From: Raphidiopsis brookii D9
Lineage (GTDB): Bacteria; Cyanobacteriota; Cyanobacteriia; Cyanobacteriales; Nostocaceae
Assembly: GCA_000175855.1 (NCBI GenBank)
Contig: ACYB01000010.1
Coordinates: forward strand, 29,464-61,463
Reading direction: 5' to 3'
DNA: 32,000 nucleotides
Shown here: positions 1 through 10,468 of the stretch, piece by piece
How the letters are laid out: each line of letters begins with the position of its first letter
How positions within the stretch are numbered: position 1 is the first letter of the stretch
Program-made: the position numbers and the translations under genes
The notes under the pieces: model-generated
Database searches by the model: none
What the model saw: the letters and a program-made list of their open reading frames with translations, nothing else
Told to the model about the DNA's origin: nothing

Positions 1-1
1 A

Positions 2-991
2 GTTAAGTCTTGGCAGGCTACTTTAGCTAAACATCGCTTACAAAAATGCCTACGCTACTATCAATTAGGATCAGGACAAGGAAGAGTAGAATTACATAGC
101 AGTTTGGGTGCAATTGTATATCGTCACGTCACTACAGCTGGATCTGAACTAGGTTTTGAAGCCCGTTACAATCTAATTGAAGATTTTTTACAAGCATTTT
201 ATATTGAGGCCATTAAAGCCTTTCGTCGGGAAAACGAATTAGGAGAAGATTATACACCACGCACTCAACTGGAATTAGCTGAGTATATGGCATTTACAGA
301 GCAGTATGCTAAACGTCGGATTAATTTGCCCGGTGGAGCTAATCAACAGTTAATTGTGCTGCGAGCCCAGGGTTTTGCTCGTCGTCAACCCCAGGAAACA
401 ACGGTTGATATTGAAATGGCCGTGGATTCAGCTAAAACGGAAGAAGCAGAATCTTACCAGCGCAATTTGGCAGTTCAGCAAATTCGCTCCCAAATGGTTG
501 CTAAGTCTACCTTTGACCCCTCGGAAGAGTCGGAACGAGACCGGGTAATTACTGAGTTGATGAAGTATCTTCAATCTCAGGGTCAAGCGGACTGTATGAA
601 TTATTTGTCTTTGAAACTTCAGGATCTATCCGCACCAGAAATCGATCAAATTCTGGGACTAACCAGTCGTCAGCGCGATTATTTACAACAAAGATTTAAA
701 TACCACGTTGAAAAATTCGCTAAACAACACCATTGGCAATTAGTACATCAATGGTTGGGAGCTGGACTAGAACATAAGCTCGGTTTGTCCTCTCAACAAT
801 GGGATCTTTTCTGGAATCAATTGACTGAACAACAACAAAAAATCTTTCAACTTAAAACCACTATGGAAAATGACCAGGCGATCGCCAAGGCTGTGCAATG
901 TACTCCTAAGCAGTTACAAAAGCGATGGACTCAAATGTTGGAATTGGCCTGGGCTATACGCAATGGAAATGTAGAAGTTAAGACTTGTTGA
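2..991 (+). CDS. HetZ-related protein (5'-truncated by window edge)
   Basis: The ORF is listed from 104 (TTG), but the frame is open to the window start: VKSWQATLAKHRLQKCLRYYQLGSGQGRVELHSSLGAIVYRH... Motifs such as QKCLRYYQLGSxQGRVELHS, IEDFLQAFYIEA, ELAEYMAFTEQYAKRRI and LTSRQRDYLQQRFKYH resemble HetZ-family proteins. Confidence 0.65.
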   Translation, partial: VKSWQATLAKHRLQKCLRYYQLGSGQGRVELHSSLGAIVYRHVTTAGSELGFEARYNLIEDFLQAFYIEAIKAFRRENELGEDYTPRTQLELAEYMAFTEQYAKRRINLPGGANQQLIVLRAQGFARRQPQETTVDIEMAVDSAKTEEAESYQRNLAVQQIRSQMVAKSTFDPSEESERDRVITELMKYLQSQGQADCMNYLSLKLQDLSAPEIDQILGLTSRQRDYLQQRFKYHVEKFAKQHHWQLVHQWLGAGLEHKLGLSSQQWDLFWNQLTEQQQKIFQLKTTMENDQAIAKAVQCTPKQLQKRWTQMLELAWAIRNGNVEVKTC

Positions 992-1094
992 ACCGTTTGT
1001 TGACCATGGGCAAAAGTTGAAAGTCTATTAGTTTTCCTATTGCCCATTTTCTGCTAAACTACTTAATAATAAAAAGTGTATATTCAAAAATCAA

Positions 1095-1301
1095 ATGTTT
1101 GACGGATTCTGGAATAACGTATTTCGCTACCCCCGGTACCTGGTAACTATAGTATTAGGTCTACTAGTTAATACATTTGATCCTCTAATTCCACTTTTAA
1201 AACGTCCAGTTACACTACTGGCCATTATAGGTCTGTTTGTGGGAGGGTTCTTCTTCCTTACCCTAACTCTCCGAGCTATGTTGGGACTAAGTGCAATCTA
1301 A
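1095..1301 (+). CDS. DUF751 family small membrane protein
   Basis: 68 aa, MFDGFWNNVFRYPRYLVTIVLG..., two hydrophobic segments; resembles cyanobacterial DUF751 proteins that often precede rbfA. Confidence 0.75.
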   Translation: MFDGFWNNVFRYPRYLVTIVLGLLVNTFDPLIPLLKRPVTLLAIIGLFVGGFFFLTLTLRAMLGLSAI

Positions 1302-1367
1302 AAGGATTATTCCTATAAGATTCAGCTATCTATTGTTAAATCTCTATCAAAGGGCGGAATTTATAAT

Positions 1368-1730
1368 ATGGCTACAAATCGCCGTGTTTCCCGTGTTGCG
1401 GAATTAATTAAACGGGAGGTCAGCCAAATGTTACTCCATGGTATTAAGGATGATCGGGTGGGTGTGGGTATGGTCAGCGTCACTGATGTGGATGTTTCAG
1501 GAGATTTACAACACGCTAAAATATTTGTCAGCATTTATGGAACAGAAGAAGCAAAAGCCCAAACTATGGCGGGGTTAAAATCCGCTACCGGTTATGTTCG
1601 TAGTGAATTGGGCGCTAGGGTTAGATTACGTCGCACTCCAGAAGTGATTTTTGTGGAAGACCGTTCCTTAGAAAGGGGAACTAAAGTGTTAAATTTATTA
1701 AACCAACTTCAACAACAACGCGAAGATTGA
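1368..1730 (+). CDS. rbfA: 30S ribosome-binding factor RbfA
   Basis: 120 aa with [28 protein letters not shown]... [13 protein letters not shown] ... [29 protein letters not shown], typical of RbfA. Confidence 0.93.
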   Translation: MATNRRVSRVAELIKREVSQMLLHGIKDDRVGVGMVSVTDVDVSGDLQHAKIFVSIYGTEEAKAQTMAGLKSATGYVRSELGARVRLRRTPEVIFVEDRSLERGTKVLNLLNQLQQQRED

Positions 1731-2051
1731 TATCCCGCCAAAATACTAGATCAGTTTGTAACTCTAGACATATTCACACTTCACTCAAATATGTTAATAC
1801 TGTCTATATGGTACTTTCTATTATGTTTGTGCCTACTTTTTGGTTTGACTATTACTAGTACATTTAGTTTTGATGTTATATTTCCTTGACAAACTTCATA
1901 TTTCTTTAGATAATTTATAGGTCTGTAGCGTCAAAATAATAATAGTTCCGTATAGCAAACTACAAAACCTAGCCACAGGTCTAAATTATCACCATGTTTT
2001 CTCAATGAAAATTGGGAATAGTATCTAAACGTAAATTTGTGAGTAACAGCA

Positions 2052-2288
2052 ATGAGTGTAAATACGGTGCCTTCTATCAATTATTACTCTCTAGACGTAA
2101 TCCAGTACGAAGCAAGCCAACTTGTGCGTAAGGGAATAGTCAGTCGGCAACAGCCGATATACACACTCTGCCAGTACATCCCCGCTCGGGAATGGGTCTT
2201 TGTGGAATATGAGTTAGAAAAATGTGACTTTTTGTTGCGCGATCGCATTGGGGATTTGATTGGTCGAGAACAATGGGAAAATGACTAA
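2052..2288 (+). CDS. DUF4327-like conserved cyanobacterial protein
   Basis: 78 aa, YSLDVIQYEASQLVRKGIVSRQQPIYTLCQYIPAREWVFVEYELEKCDFLLRDRIGDLI; family recalled from motif pattern. Confidence 0.6.
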   Translation: MSVNTVPSINYYSLDVIQYEASQLVRKGIVSRQQPIYTLCQYIPAREWVFVEYELEKCDFLLRDRIGDLIGREQWEND

Positions 2289-2411
2289 TCAAGACTAGCC
2301 AGCAGTAATTAAGGAGGATCTCGAAGATCCCCAAGTTCCCTAAGTAGTAGTTAAGTAATTCATTTAATCTATGCTTGTCTAAAGTTACTGACTTTGGCAA
2401 GTATATTTTTC

Positions 2412-2771
2412 TCAGGAGGTGAGTTCCGTGTTTTGTAGGTACTGATTAATATCGTCGACCAAGCGGGTGAGATCTGCTTCTGTAGTTAAGCGAATGCCTA
2501 AATTGCGTACAGTGAGTAGAACTTTAGCTGCGAAGGGAGTGGGCCAGATATTGGGGTTACAGAACACCTCAAAGAAAACATCACCTGTATGGCGATATTC
2601 TAAAGAGGGTTCGGGTGTGATTTTTCCCCCAGGGTTAGATTTAACAGTGACAGCTTTCAGACTTAGCATCAATTTATCCATGGCAGTTTTTAGCTCCATA
2701 GCAGCATGGTGGGAAAAAGTGAAAGAAATAGAGCCATGGTCAAGATTGAGAGTGAGTAATGGGGAAGACAT
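2412..2771 (-). CDS. conserved hypothetical protein
   Basis: 119-aa ORF with coding-like composition. The opposite-strand ORF 2467..2847 has no recognisable motifs. Product unknown. Confidence 0.55.
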   Translation of the reverse strand: MSSPLLTLNLDHGSISFTFSHHAAMELKTAMDKLMLSLKAVTVKSNPGGKITPEPSLEYRHTGDVFFEVFCNPNIWPTPFAAKVLLTVRNLGIRLTTEADLTRLVDDINQYLQNTELTS

Positions 2772-2876
2772 AGAGAAATTTTGTAAAACTTTGGTAACAG
2801 CAATGACTATAATAACAAGAATAACAAGTCAACTAATTGCTCCATAATTAGGAGTAGCAATGATGAATATTCAATT

Positions 2877-3773
2877 ATGAATTACAACTACCTAAGGGAA
2901 GTAAGAAAAGTACTAATTATTACCCTTTTGCTTAACTTGTTTGTGATGGCATTAAAAGTTGTAGTAGGGTATGCTACTGGTTCCTTGAGCTTACTAGCGG
3001 ATGCCTTGCACAGTGTTACAGACAGTGCTAACAACGTGTTAGGACTAGTGGCTAATAAATTTTCTTCTCCCTTACCAGATCGAGAACATCCTTATGGACA
3101 TCACAAATTTGAAGCGGTGGGGGCGTTAGGAATAGCAGCATTTTTAGGGATAGCTTGTTTTGAAATTATTCAAGGAGCGATAGAGAAAATTATTCGAGGT
3201 GGTTCACCTGTGAGAATATCCGGTCCTGAACTGTGGTTATTACTAATTGTATTGGGCGTAAATATATTCGTCGCATTTTATGAGCGTAATGTAGGGACAA
3301 GAATAGGCAGTTCCATTTTAGTTGCTGATGCTAAACACACCATGAGTGATGTATGGGTAACCATTTCCGTTTTAGGGGGATTAATAGGGATTTGGTGGTT
3401 CAATTTTCAATGGTTGGATGTGCTATTGGCCTTTCCCGTAGCTTTGCTAGTCTTTTGGAGTGGATGGTCCGTTTTAAAAGAAAATTTGCCCTGGTTAGTG
3501 GATCAAATGGCGATCGCTCCAGAAGCAATACATGGAATTGCCACTTCCGTACCTGGTGTAATTAACTGCCATGATATTGCTTCTCGCGGGGTGATAGGTA
3601 GACAGGTATTCATAGAAATGCATCTAGTAGTAGATACACCGGAAGTAGAAACTGCCCATCAAATCACAGAGGAAGTAGAAAACAAACTACAGGAGAGATA
3701 TAGTCCTGTGAGGATTATAATTCATGTAGAACCACCAGCATACCAATCGGAGAACATTAGCTTTGGTAATTAG
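2877..3773 (+). CDS. cation diffusion facilitator family transporter
   Basis: 298 aa with multiple TM segments, LLADALHSVTDSANNVLG, PDREHPYGHHKFE, LVADAKHTMSDVWV: CDF signatures. Confidence 0.9.
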   Translation: MNYNYLREVRKVLIITLLLNLFVMALKVVVGYATGSLSLLADALHSVTDSANNVLGLVANKFSSPLPDREHPYGHHKFEAVGALGIAAFLGIACFEIIQGAIEKIIRGGSPVRISGPELWLLLIVLGVNIFVAFYERNVGTRIGSSILVADAKHTMSDVWVTISVLGGLIGIWWFNFQWLDVLLAFPVALLVFWSGWSVLKENLPWLVDQMAIAPEAIHGIATSVPGVINCHDIASRGVIGRQVFIEMHLVVDTPEVETAHQITEEVENKLQERYSPVRIIIHVEPPAYQSENISFGN

Positions 3774-3807
3774 GACTAGATTAGCATCGGAATTTGCTTC
3801 TATATAC

Positions 3808-5430
3808 CTATTCCCATTCTATAGTGCCCGGTGGTTTAGAAGTAATATCATAGACCACTCGATTGACCCCTTTAACCTCATTGACAATTCTATTAGAAAT
3901 GGCTTCTAGCACATCATAAGGTACTCGTGCCCAATCTGCTGTCATGCCATCTTCACTAGTCACTATTCGTAAGACCACAGGATAGGCGTATGTACGCTGA
4001 TCACCCATAACCCCCACGCTACGAATAGGTAGTAAAACAGCAAATGCTTGCCAATATTGATTATATAAATTCCTTTGATTGATTTCTTGGCGCACAATTA
4101 AATCAGCATCACGTAGAATATTTAACCTTTCTGCTGTCACCTCCCCCAAAATGCGAATAGCTAAACCCGGTCCTGGAAAAGGTTGTCTTTGAACTATCTC
4201 TTCTGGTAGACCAAGGGAACGACCCACCTTGCGCACTTCATCTTTAAATAGTTTTCGCAGGGGTTCCACCAGTTTAAATCTCAAGTCCTTAGGTAGTCCA
4301 CCCACATTGTGATGACTCTTGATTTTCACTGCTACCCTCTCCCCAGTTTTCGGATCTACATTAGTGCCAGCAGATTCAATTACATCTGGATATAGTGTAC
4401 CCTGTGCTAAATAGTCAAAGTGACCCAATCTTTTGGATGTTTCTTCAAACACCCTAATAAACTCGTGACCAATACGACGGCGTTTTTCTTCCGGATCTGT
4501 CACACCAGCAATAGCATTTATAAAGCGATCGCGTGCGTTAACGTACTCTACAGGAATATGAAATTGCTCCTGGAACAATTTTAATAATCTTTCTGGCTCT
4601 AATTTTCGCATAAAACCCTGATCAATAAACACACAGGTCAATTGATCTCCAATAGCTTTATGGAGCAAAAATGCCAGGGTCGAAGAATCCACACCTCCAG
4701 ATAGTGCTAAGAGCACTCGTCTATCGGAGACCTTAGCACGAATCTCCCGAATGGCATTTTCCACAAAAGCTGCTGTTGTCCAACTGGGTTCGCAGTTACA
4801 AATATGGTAAACAAAGTTGCGAATTAGTGCCAGTCCTCCCTGGGAATGAACTACTTCAGGATGGAACTGCACTCCATATAATTTGCGCTCATGATTCGCA
4901 ATAGCTGCACAAGGAGTATTCTCTGTATGTGCCAGCAGTTCAAAACCAGAAGGCATGGTTGTAACTGAGTCTCCATGACTCATCCACATGATTACACCAT
5001 TTTCTACATTGGTAAGCAAGTGAGTAGGTTCATCTATAAGTAATGACGCTTTACCATATTCCCCTCGCTCCGCTTGGGTCACCTTTCCCCCCAGTTCATT
5101 CACCATTAGCTGCATTCCATAACATACACCCAATATGGGAATACCCAATTCCCATATTTCCGGGTCACATTGAGGTGCATAATCGCTATAAACCGACCTA
5201 GGACCACCAGATAAGATTATCCCCTTGGGGTTCATTTTCCTTAGCTCTTCCGGTGTGGTGCGATAGGAAAGCACCTCGGAATATACTTGTGTTTCCCTTA
5301 TGCGTCGAGCAATCAGTTCAGAATATTGGGAACCAAAGTCTAAAATCACTATCATTTGGCGATCGCCATGAGGGAGATTTTCCTGGCTTTGGCATGCTAT
5401 ATCTATTGGTAGACCTACCGCTGTATTCAT
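3808..5430 (-). CDS. guaA: glutamine-hydrolysing GMP synthase
   Basis: 540 aa. GATase GVCYGMQL and HPEV, PP-loop [10 protein letters not shown]-terminal [16 protein letters not shown] and [28 protein letters not shown]. Confidence 0.97.
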   Translation of the reverse strand: MNTAVGLPIDIACQSQENLPHGDRQMIVILDFGSQYSELIARRIRETQVYSEVLSYRTTPEELRKMNPKGIILSGGPRSVYSDYAPQCDPEIWELGIPILGVCYGMQLMVNELGGKVTQAERGEYGKASLLIDEPTHLLTNVENGVIMWMSHGDSVTTMPSGFELLAHTENTPCAAIANHERKLYGVQFHPEVVHSQGGLALIRNFVYHICNCEPSWTTAAFVENAIREIRAKVSDRRVLLALSGGVDSSTLAFLLHKAIGDQLTCVFIDQGFMRKLEPERLLKLFQEQFHIPVEYVNARDRFINAIAGVTDPEEKRRRIGHEFIRVFEETSKRLGHFDYLAQGTLYPDVIESAGTNVDPKTGERVAVKIKSHHNVGGLPKDLRFKLVEPLRKLFKDEVRKVGRSLGLPEEIVQRQPFPGPGLAIRILGEVTAERLNILRDADLIVRQEINQRNLYNQYWQAFAVLLPIRSVGVMGDQRTYAYPVVLRIVTSEDGMTADWARVPYDVLEAISNRIVNEVKGVNRVVYDITSKPPGTIEWE

Positions 5431-5540
5431 GATGGTGGGAGTGTGTCTTTGAACATAATTGAGTTACTATTTCCGACTTTTTAGGTTAGTATGTAGTTGT
5501 TAACAACTACGAACGGTCTGATTTTGACAGTCTATTTAGG

Positions 5541-6650
5541 TTAGCACAATTTTTCCATCAGCACACAACCCGTTTGACTTTTAACAATAACTTCTCTATT
5601 TCGGTCAAAAAGCACAGAACCACAAACTGTTGTTTTCACACTCTGGTCACTATGGCTTTTTATATACTCTTGGGAACGATTGTCAATAGTTTGGGCAATA
5701 CTGAAATAAATTTGGTTAGTCCAGTTACTACCACTGATAGTATCCAGGAAGCGCAGATGTTGCAGGGCATCCTCCGCCCTGGGACTATGAAATATTATTT
5801 GTATATCTTCATACTTTAAACCCAAGATAGCACTATGGGCAACTATAATTTCTCTCCTTCCATCTGCTAGATGATGATGAGTATGAAATATTCCCCCTGC
5901 TAGTTTCATTAGTTTTCCGTGATAGCCAAATAATAATATTTCTTCAACCTCTAAAAGATGGGCCTCAACTAATAGAGGACCAATCCAATTAGCAGTTTTC
6001 ACCATCCGTTGGGGATTGATTCCCAATTTTCTCCCCAGGTCTAAACCATTTTCGCCAATACAAAAAACTAAACTATTAAACTCTTTTGCCTTTGTCCTTA
6101 AATCGTCCCGAAAAACCTCAAGCTGTTCTGGTGTGCTTAATGGTTGAGATATACCGCTTGTTCCCAATAAAGAAAGTCCTTCCACTACTCCAAAAGCAGG
6201 GTTGGAGGTTCTGGTAGCTAGGGAGCGCCCCTCGGGTAAAATCACTGTCACTAGGATTTTTTCCCCCGGAAATAGCAGTTTCTCTAGGTTTTTCCGCAAC
6301 AATTGCTGGGCGTATGTATAAATGGCTGCTATCCCTTGTAAGTCCTTACCAATCCCTTCTCCACCCCTAATAACAATCGTTTCCCCCTCCCCATCATACC
6401 ATTCCACTTTTGTCCAAATTGGGGTACCTTTGGTTAGATCTAGGTTATCCCCCGGATCACTTCGAGTAATGGCTAAAGCACCACTTTCAGAAATTCCAGC
6501 TACCTGTTCAATAGGAATTTCGACTATTTGATCCGGTGAAATTAGGTCAACATCTGCTGTAGTTAATATGCGGCAATGGCGTAACCAGTATAACGCCGCT
6601 ATTGCACCACCACAGGCAAAAACTGGTAGGGTGTAACCAGAACGAGACAT
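5541..6650 (-). CDS. cbiD: cobalt-precorrin-5B (C1)-methyltransferase CbiD
   Basis: 369 aa, MSRSGYTLPVFACGGAIAALYWL... TGTSGISQPLS-like segment (LGTSGISQPLST) and LLFGYHGKLMKLAGGIFHTHHHLADGR, characteristic of CbiD. Confidence 0.9.
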   Translation of the reverse strand: MSRSGYTLPVFACGGAIAALYWLRHCRILTTADVDLISPDQIVEIPIEQVAGISESGALAITRSDPGDNLDLTKGTPIWTKVEWYDGEGETIVIRGGEGIGKDLQGIAAIYTYAQQLLRKNLEKLLFPGEKILVTVILPEGRSLATRTSNPAFGVVEGLSLLGTSGISQPLSTPEQLEVFRDDLRTKAKEFNSLVFCIGENGLDLGRKLGINPQRMVKTANWIGPLLVEAHLLEVEEILLFGYHGKLMKLAGGIFHTHHHLADGRREIIVAHSAILGLKYEDIQIIFHSPRAEDALQHLRFLDTISGSNWTNQIYFSIAQTIDNRSQEYIKSHSDQSVKTTVCGSVLFDRNREVIVKSQTGCVLMEKLC

Positions 6651-6718
6651 AAAAGATTTTGTATGTGATAAAGTTTGTGTTTTTGTATTTGATTATGATT
6701 ATATAGGTAATGAATCTT

Positions 6719-7033
6719 TCAACTTTCTACAAAAATACCAACCTCTGATAATAAAACTGCCATGGTCTCCCAAGAAATACCCTGTTGAATATAACGGGGT
6801 GATTCGGGATTATAAGGACTAGCTATTCGGTCAATGGTGACAATTGTCGCACCTTCTGGTAGTACCGCCACATCAGGGTCAAAAGCTGTGGGACGCATCA
6901 AGGAGCTGGAAAATCCTTTAAAAACTGCTATTTTGTCCTCCTCCCCATCAACATTGATGGTGACTACTAGCACTTCCTGAGACCTTTTGCTTGTGTATTC
7001 TTCTAGGGACTTAGCAATGGAATTACTCATCAC
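6719..7033 (-). CDS. conserved hypothetical protein
   Basis: 104-aa ORF directly downstream of 7049..7648 on the same strand; no family named with confidence. Confidence 0.6.
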   Translation of the reverse strand: MMSNSIAKSLEEYTSKRSQEVLVVTINVDGEEDKIAVFKGFSSSLMRPTAFDPDVAVLPEGATIVTIDRIASPYNPESPRYIQQGISWETMAVLLSEVGIFVES

Positions 7034-7048
7034 ACTTTTATAAAGACT

Positions 7049-7648
7049 TTAATGTACTGCCGTTCTACCATACTTGCCAAATTTCACCAAGACAAAATAG
7101 GTAAGATAGATTATGTAAATTATTAAGCCAACAATACCTAAAAAGCCAAGAAATCCAGGTGTGCTGTTATGATGGAAATAGTCCTTAAACATTAGGGGTG
7201 CTTCGGTCCAAACCTTACAGTAGGCTGAATTCCAGGAGTCACCTGAAAAGGCACAGCCCAGAAAGGGCACGCTGCCAATTAACCCTAAAATTCCATAAAG
7301 AGTTATTGCCCAACGCCAAGAGGTAAAAATCAGTTTTAAAGCTCCCGGGGACTGATACTCAACTTCATCATTCAAATCAACCCAGAACCAGATGGAAAGG
7401 GGAATAAGGATCCGAGCTATTAAACCAGATATAAAACTAACTGCAAATCCCCCAATCATCAGGTATACAGTTATGGCCGCCAAACTAGCTACGCGCCAGT
7501 AAATAGCCAGTAACCTTTGTATACAGTCTGCTCTTTGTACAAATGCCCAAATTGTCAAAACTATGGGGATAATTAGGTTAAATAGCAACGCCAATCTGTA
7601 ATCTGTCCACACATAAGGGCGAAACCAAACTTCTTCTAGGTTTGTCAT
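7049..7648 (-). CDS. hypothetical membrane protein
   Basis: 199 aa with several hydrophobic helices (LALLFNLIIPIVLTIWAF, ITVYLMIGGFAVSFI, GFLGIVGLIIYIIYLTYFVLV). Confidence 0.6.
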   Translation of the reverse strand: MTNLEEVWFRPYVWTDYRLALLFNLIIPIVLTIWAFVQRADCIQRLLAIYWRVASLAAITVYLMIGGFAVSFISGLIARILIPLSIWFWVDLNDEVEYQSPGALKLIFTSWRWAITLYGILGLIGSVPFLGCAFSGDSWNSAYCKVWTEAPLMFKDYFHHNSTPGFLGFLGIVGLIIYIIYLTYFVLVKFGKYGRTAVH

Positions 7649-7814
7649 CTCTTAGTTAGTCTTGTGTTAATCAGTCTGAGCCTGTTTTGGTAATGGGAGA
7701 CAGGTGCCAAAGATTAACACTTTTGACCCCCCTCCCCACGCTTGGTACCAGATGACCACATTTGAACTTCAGTCAAGAACAGGTGTAGCCATCTGAATAT
7801 GGACTCCTGAATAT

Positions 7815-8057
7815 CTAATCTTCATAAAGACGACATTCATCTGCATCCGGATTAGCATCACAATATGCTTGTAAAGAGTTTTTAGGCTCTTCTTGCTTTT
7901 TATGAGAAGCAGCAGCTTGCAGTTCTTCCACTGCATCCCATGCAGCAGCACAAGCTGCAGAGTTACCACCAGAAATATCACAAACTTCACGAGCTTGTTG
8001 GCGTTCTTGTTCGATTTTCTCTTGTATGGAGGTTGCTTTTTCTTGAGTGTTTGTCAT
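7815..8057 (-). CDS. cp12: Calvin cycle regulatory protein CP12
   Basis: 80 aa with paired-cysteine signatures AREVCD...SAACAAAWDAVEELQAAASH and C-terminal YCDANPDADECRLYED. Confidence 0.95.
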   Translation of the reverse strand: MTNTQEKATSIQEKIEQERQQAREVCDISGGNSAACAAAWDAVEELQAAASHKKQEEPKNSLQAYCDANPDADECRLYED

Positions 8058-8192
8058 GAGCTTAGTCTCTTTGATTATCGTTTATATCAGTCTAGAAAAG
8101 ATCAAAATTGCGGTTTTGGTTTTATAGTTCACATACTATTCTAACTCTAGGTTGTTAACTTAGACTAGAATCCGGAATTACTAAATTAAGAT

Positions 8193-9053
8193 TTAGAATC
8201 TCTTTTGCATTCGCGGATGGATCAGTTCATTTAAACCCTCACCTAGTAGTGATAAACCTACCACCATAATAGTCATAGCTAAACCAGGAAAAAGGGTAGT
8301 CCACCAAATACCTGTGGGCAGAGCTTCTAAAGCTTGTCGTAAATCGTATCCCCACTCTGGTACCTCTTCTGGTAGTCCTAAACCCAAAAAGCCCAAACCT
8401 CCTAAAACTAATATGGCATCTGCTGCATTAAGAGTAAATAGCACTGGGACACTCTGAATCACGTTTAAAAACAAATATCGAGATAACACAGTCCAAGTAG
8501 AAGCACCCATAGCTTGAGCTGCTTCGATATATACTTCCGTTTTCACACTCACCGTATGATTACGCACAACTCGATAATATTGGGGGATGTAAGCTATGCT
8601 AATGGCGATCGCCGCATTTAAGATTCCCCTACCCACCACAAATGCCAGGGTAACAGAAAGTAGAAGTCCTGGTAGGGTGTAGATGCTGTCCATGAGAAAT
8701 AGCAGGGTTTTATCTAATTTACCACCTAAATAACCACTGATCATTCCCAGGGGTACGCCCACCACCATACTCAACCCTGTAGCTAATATGACTACTTGTA
8801 ATGCTGCTTGAGCGCCAAAAATAGTGCGGGAGAAAACATCATAACCCAAGCGACTAGTGCCAAACCAATATTTTCCCGAGGGGGGTTGATGAATGGGATT
8901 GGTTAGAAGTTCTTTAGGGTCAGATAACCACCCCCAATTTTGCCAAACCGGTGCCATAAAAGCCAGCAAGACAAAAAATAGGGTAATTATCAACCCTAGG
9001 ACCATGAGTTTGCCAGAGAGATTAGAGGGTATTCGTCGTTTTTTGATCTGCAT
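8193..9053 (-). CDS. ABC transporter permease, DppC/OppC type
   Basis: 286 aa, SRTIFGAQAALQV ... GVPLGMISGYLGGKLD ... EVYIEAAQAMGASTWTVLSRYLFLNV (EAA loop) ... LGLGLPEEVPEWGYDL. Confidence 0.9.
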   Translation of the reverse strand: MQIKKRRIPSNLSGKLMVLGLIITLFFVLLAFMAPVWQNWGWLSDPKELLTNPIHQPPSGKYWFGTSRLGYDVFSRTIFGAQAALQVVILATGLSMVVGVPLGMISGYLGGKLDKTLLFLMDSIYTLPGLLLSVTLAFVVGRGILNAAIAISIAYIPQYYRVVRNHTVSVKTEVYIEAAQAMGASTWTVLSRYLFLNVIQSVPVLFTLNAADAILVLGGLGFLGLGLPEEVPEWGYDLRQALEALPTGIWWTTLFPGLAMTIMVVGLSLLGEGLNELIHPRMQKRF

Positions 9054-9108
9054 AATGCAAATTGGGGAAATGGTCTGATTTTAACTCACAACCAATCCCA
9101 GTCTGTAC

Positions 9109-10322
9109 CTACAAATTATCCCCAATTACCTGACGATATTCCCCCTTAGGTTTTACACCCTTCCATTCTTGAATCAACTCCTTGTTTTTAAAAACTTGCA
9201 CTGTCGGTGTACCTACAATTCCAGCATTTTGCGCAATGTCCTGATCCTCATCAATATCAATTTCCACAAAGTGTATCCTCCCATCAAATTCATCCACCAC
9301 CTTGTTAAGTATGGGTTTTAGGGTATGACAAGGACCACAACCAGGAGCAACATACTTTACCACTAACAGGCGATCGCTTTGGTGGAATAGTTTCCTGAGA
9401 GCATAACCACCATGATGGCGTGTTTTCTCTAGATTGAACTCGGTTGGGGGAGTTTCTTGCTGGGGTTGTGTTGTGGATTCTGGAGTTGGTTCCGATTGGG
9501 TTTGATGGAATTCCTGAATTAAACCCCCTAATGATAACCATCTTTCTGCTAATAGTGCTGCTTGACAACCAGTACCCGCAGCGGTAATTGCTTGACGAAA
9601 TTCATGGTCTTGAACATCACCAGCAGCAAATACCCCCTCCAAACTAGTTTCCACACTTCCATGTCCGGTGACAATGTAACCTACCTCATCTAGCTCCAAT
9701 TGTCCCTGAAATAGCTCTGTATTTGGTTTATGTCCTATGGCGTAAAATAAACCCCTAGTAGGAATAGTATTTTCTTCCCCCGTGTGGTTGTTACGCACTT
9801 GCACCCCTACCATTTTCTCCTTACCGATTACATCTACCGCTTCTGTATGCCAGTGAACCTTGATTTTAGAATTACTTAAAACCCGATCCTGCATAGCTTT
9901 AGAAGCACGCATCTTATCAGAACGCACCAATAAATGCACTATAGAGCCATACTTGGTGAGGTAAACAGCTTCTTCCGCTGCGGAATCACCAGCACCAATT
10001 ACCACCAACTCTTGACCTCGAAAAATAGGGGTTGCACCATCACAAATGGCACAAGCGGAAATTCCCCGACTCCAAAACTGGTCTTCACTGGGTAAACCCA
10101 GACGTTTAGCAGTTGCACCAGTCGCAATAATTAAACTATGGGTTTTTACCTCCCTTTCTAAAGAACGAACAATAAAAGGACGCTGACTTAAATTAACGGA
10201 TATCACATCCTCTGTGTACAATTCTGCCCCCCAGCGTTCCGCTTGGGCTTTCATATTAGTCATTAAATCTGGTCCAGTGATTCCCTGGGGAAATCCCGGA
10301 AAATTTTCTACTTCTGTGGTTG
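9109..10322 (-). CDS. ntrC: NADPH-thioredoxin reductase/thioredoxin fusion (NTRC), 3' exon
   Basis: The ORF listed at 9109..10263 continues upstream in frame to 10322: CA|ACC ACA GAA GTA GAA AAT TTT CCG GGA TTT = (T)[39 protein letters not shown]. It has the NTR motif CAIC, the linker, and a C-terminal thioredoxin domain with CGPC. Gene symbol refers to NTRC, not the nitrogen regulator. Confidence 0.93.
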
Positions 10323-10363
10323 GTTAAACTAAACCAAAAGGTCACCCTTTTGACTCGTCTTCA

Positions 10364-10397
10364 GAACCGTGCGTGAATTTTTCAATTCACACGGCTC
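10364..10397 (-). ncRNA. group II intron domain V
   Basis: Minus strand GAGCCGTGTGAATTGAAAAATTCACGCACGGTTC: 34 nt, AGC triad, GAAA tetraloop, two-nt bulge side, near-perfect hairpin. Confidence 0.93.
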
Positions 10398-10468
10398 CTC
10401 AATGGGGTGGGACTTGTCTTGTCTACCTAGCATACTGTTTTTAACAGCTTTTACCTGGGGATTAATAC

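Noticed and set aside
1731-2051. Spacer after rbfA, inspected for tRNA or small RNA
   Set aside because: AT-rich with no cloverleaf or strong stem-loop that I can support by eye.
2140-2400. Minus-strand ORF antisense to the DUF4327-like gene
   Set aside because: Antisense shadow with no domain signature.
2467-2847. Plus-strand ORF opposite 2412..2771
   Set aside because: No recognisable motif. It looks like a shadow of the minus-strand ORF, although neither is firmly proven.
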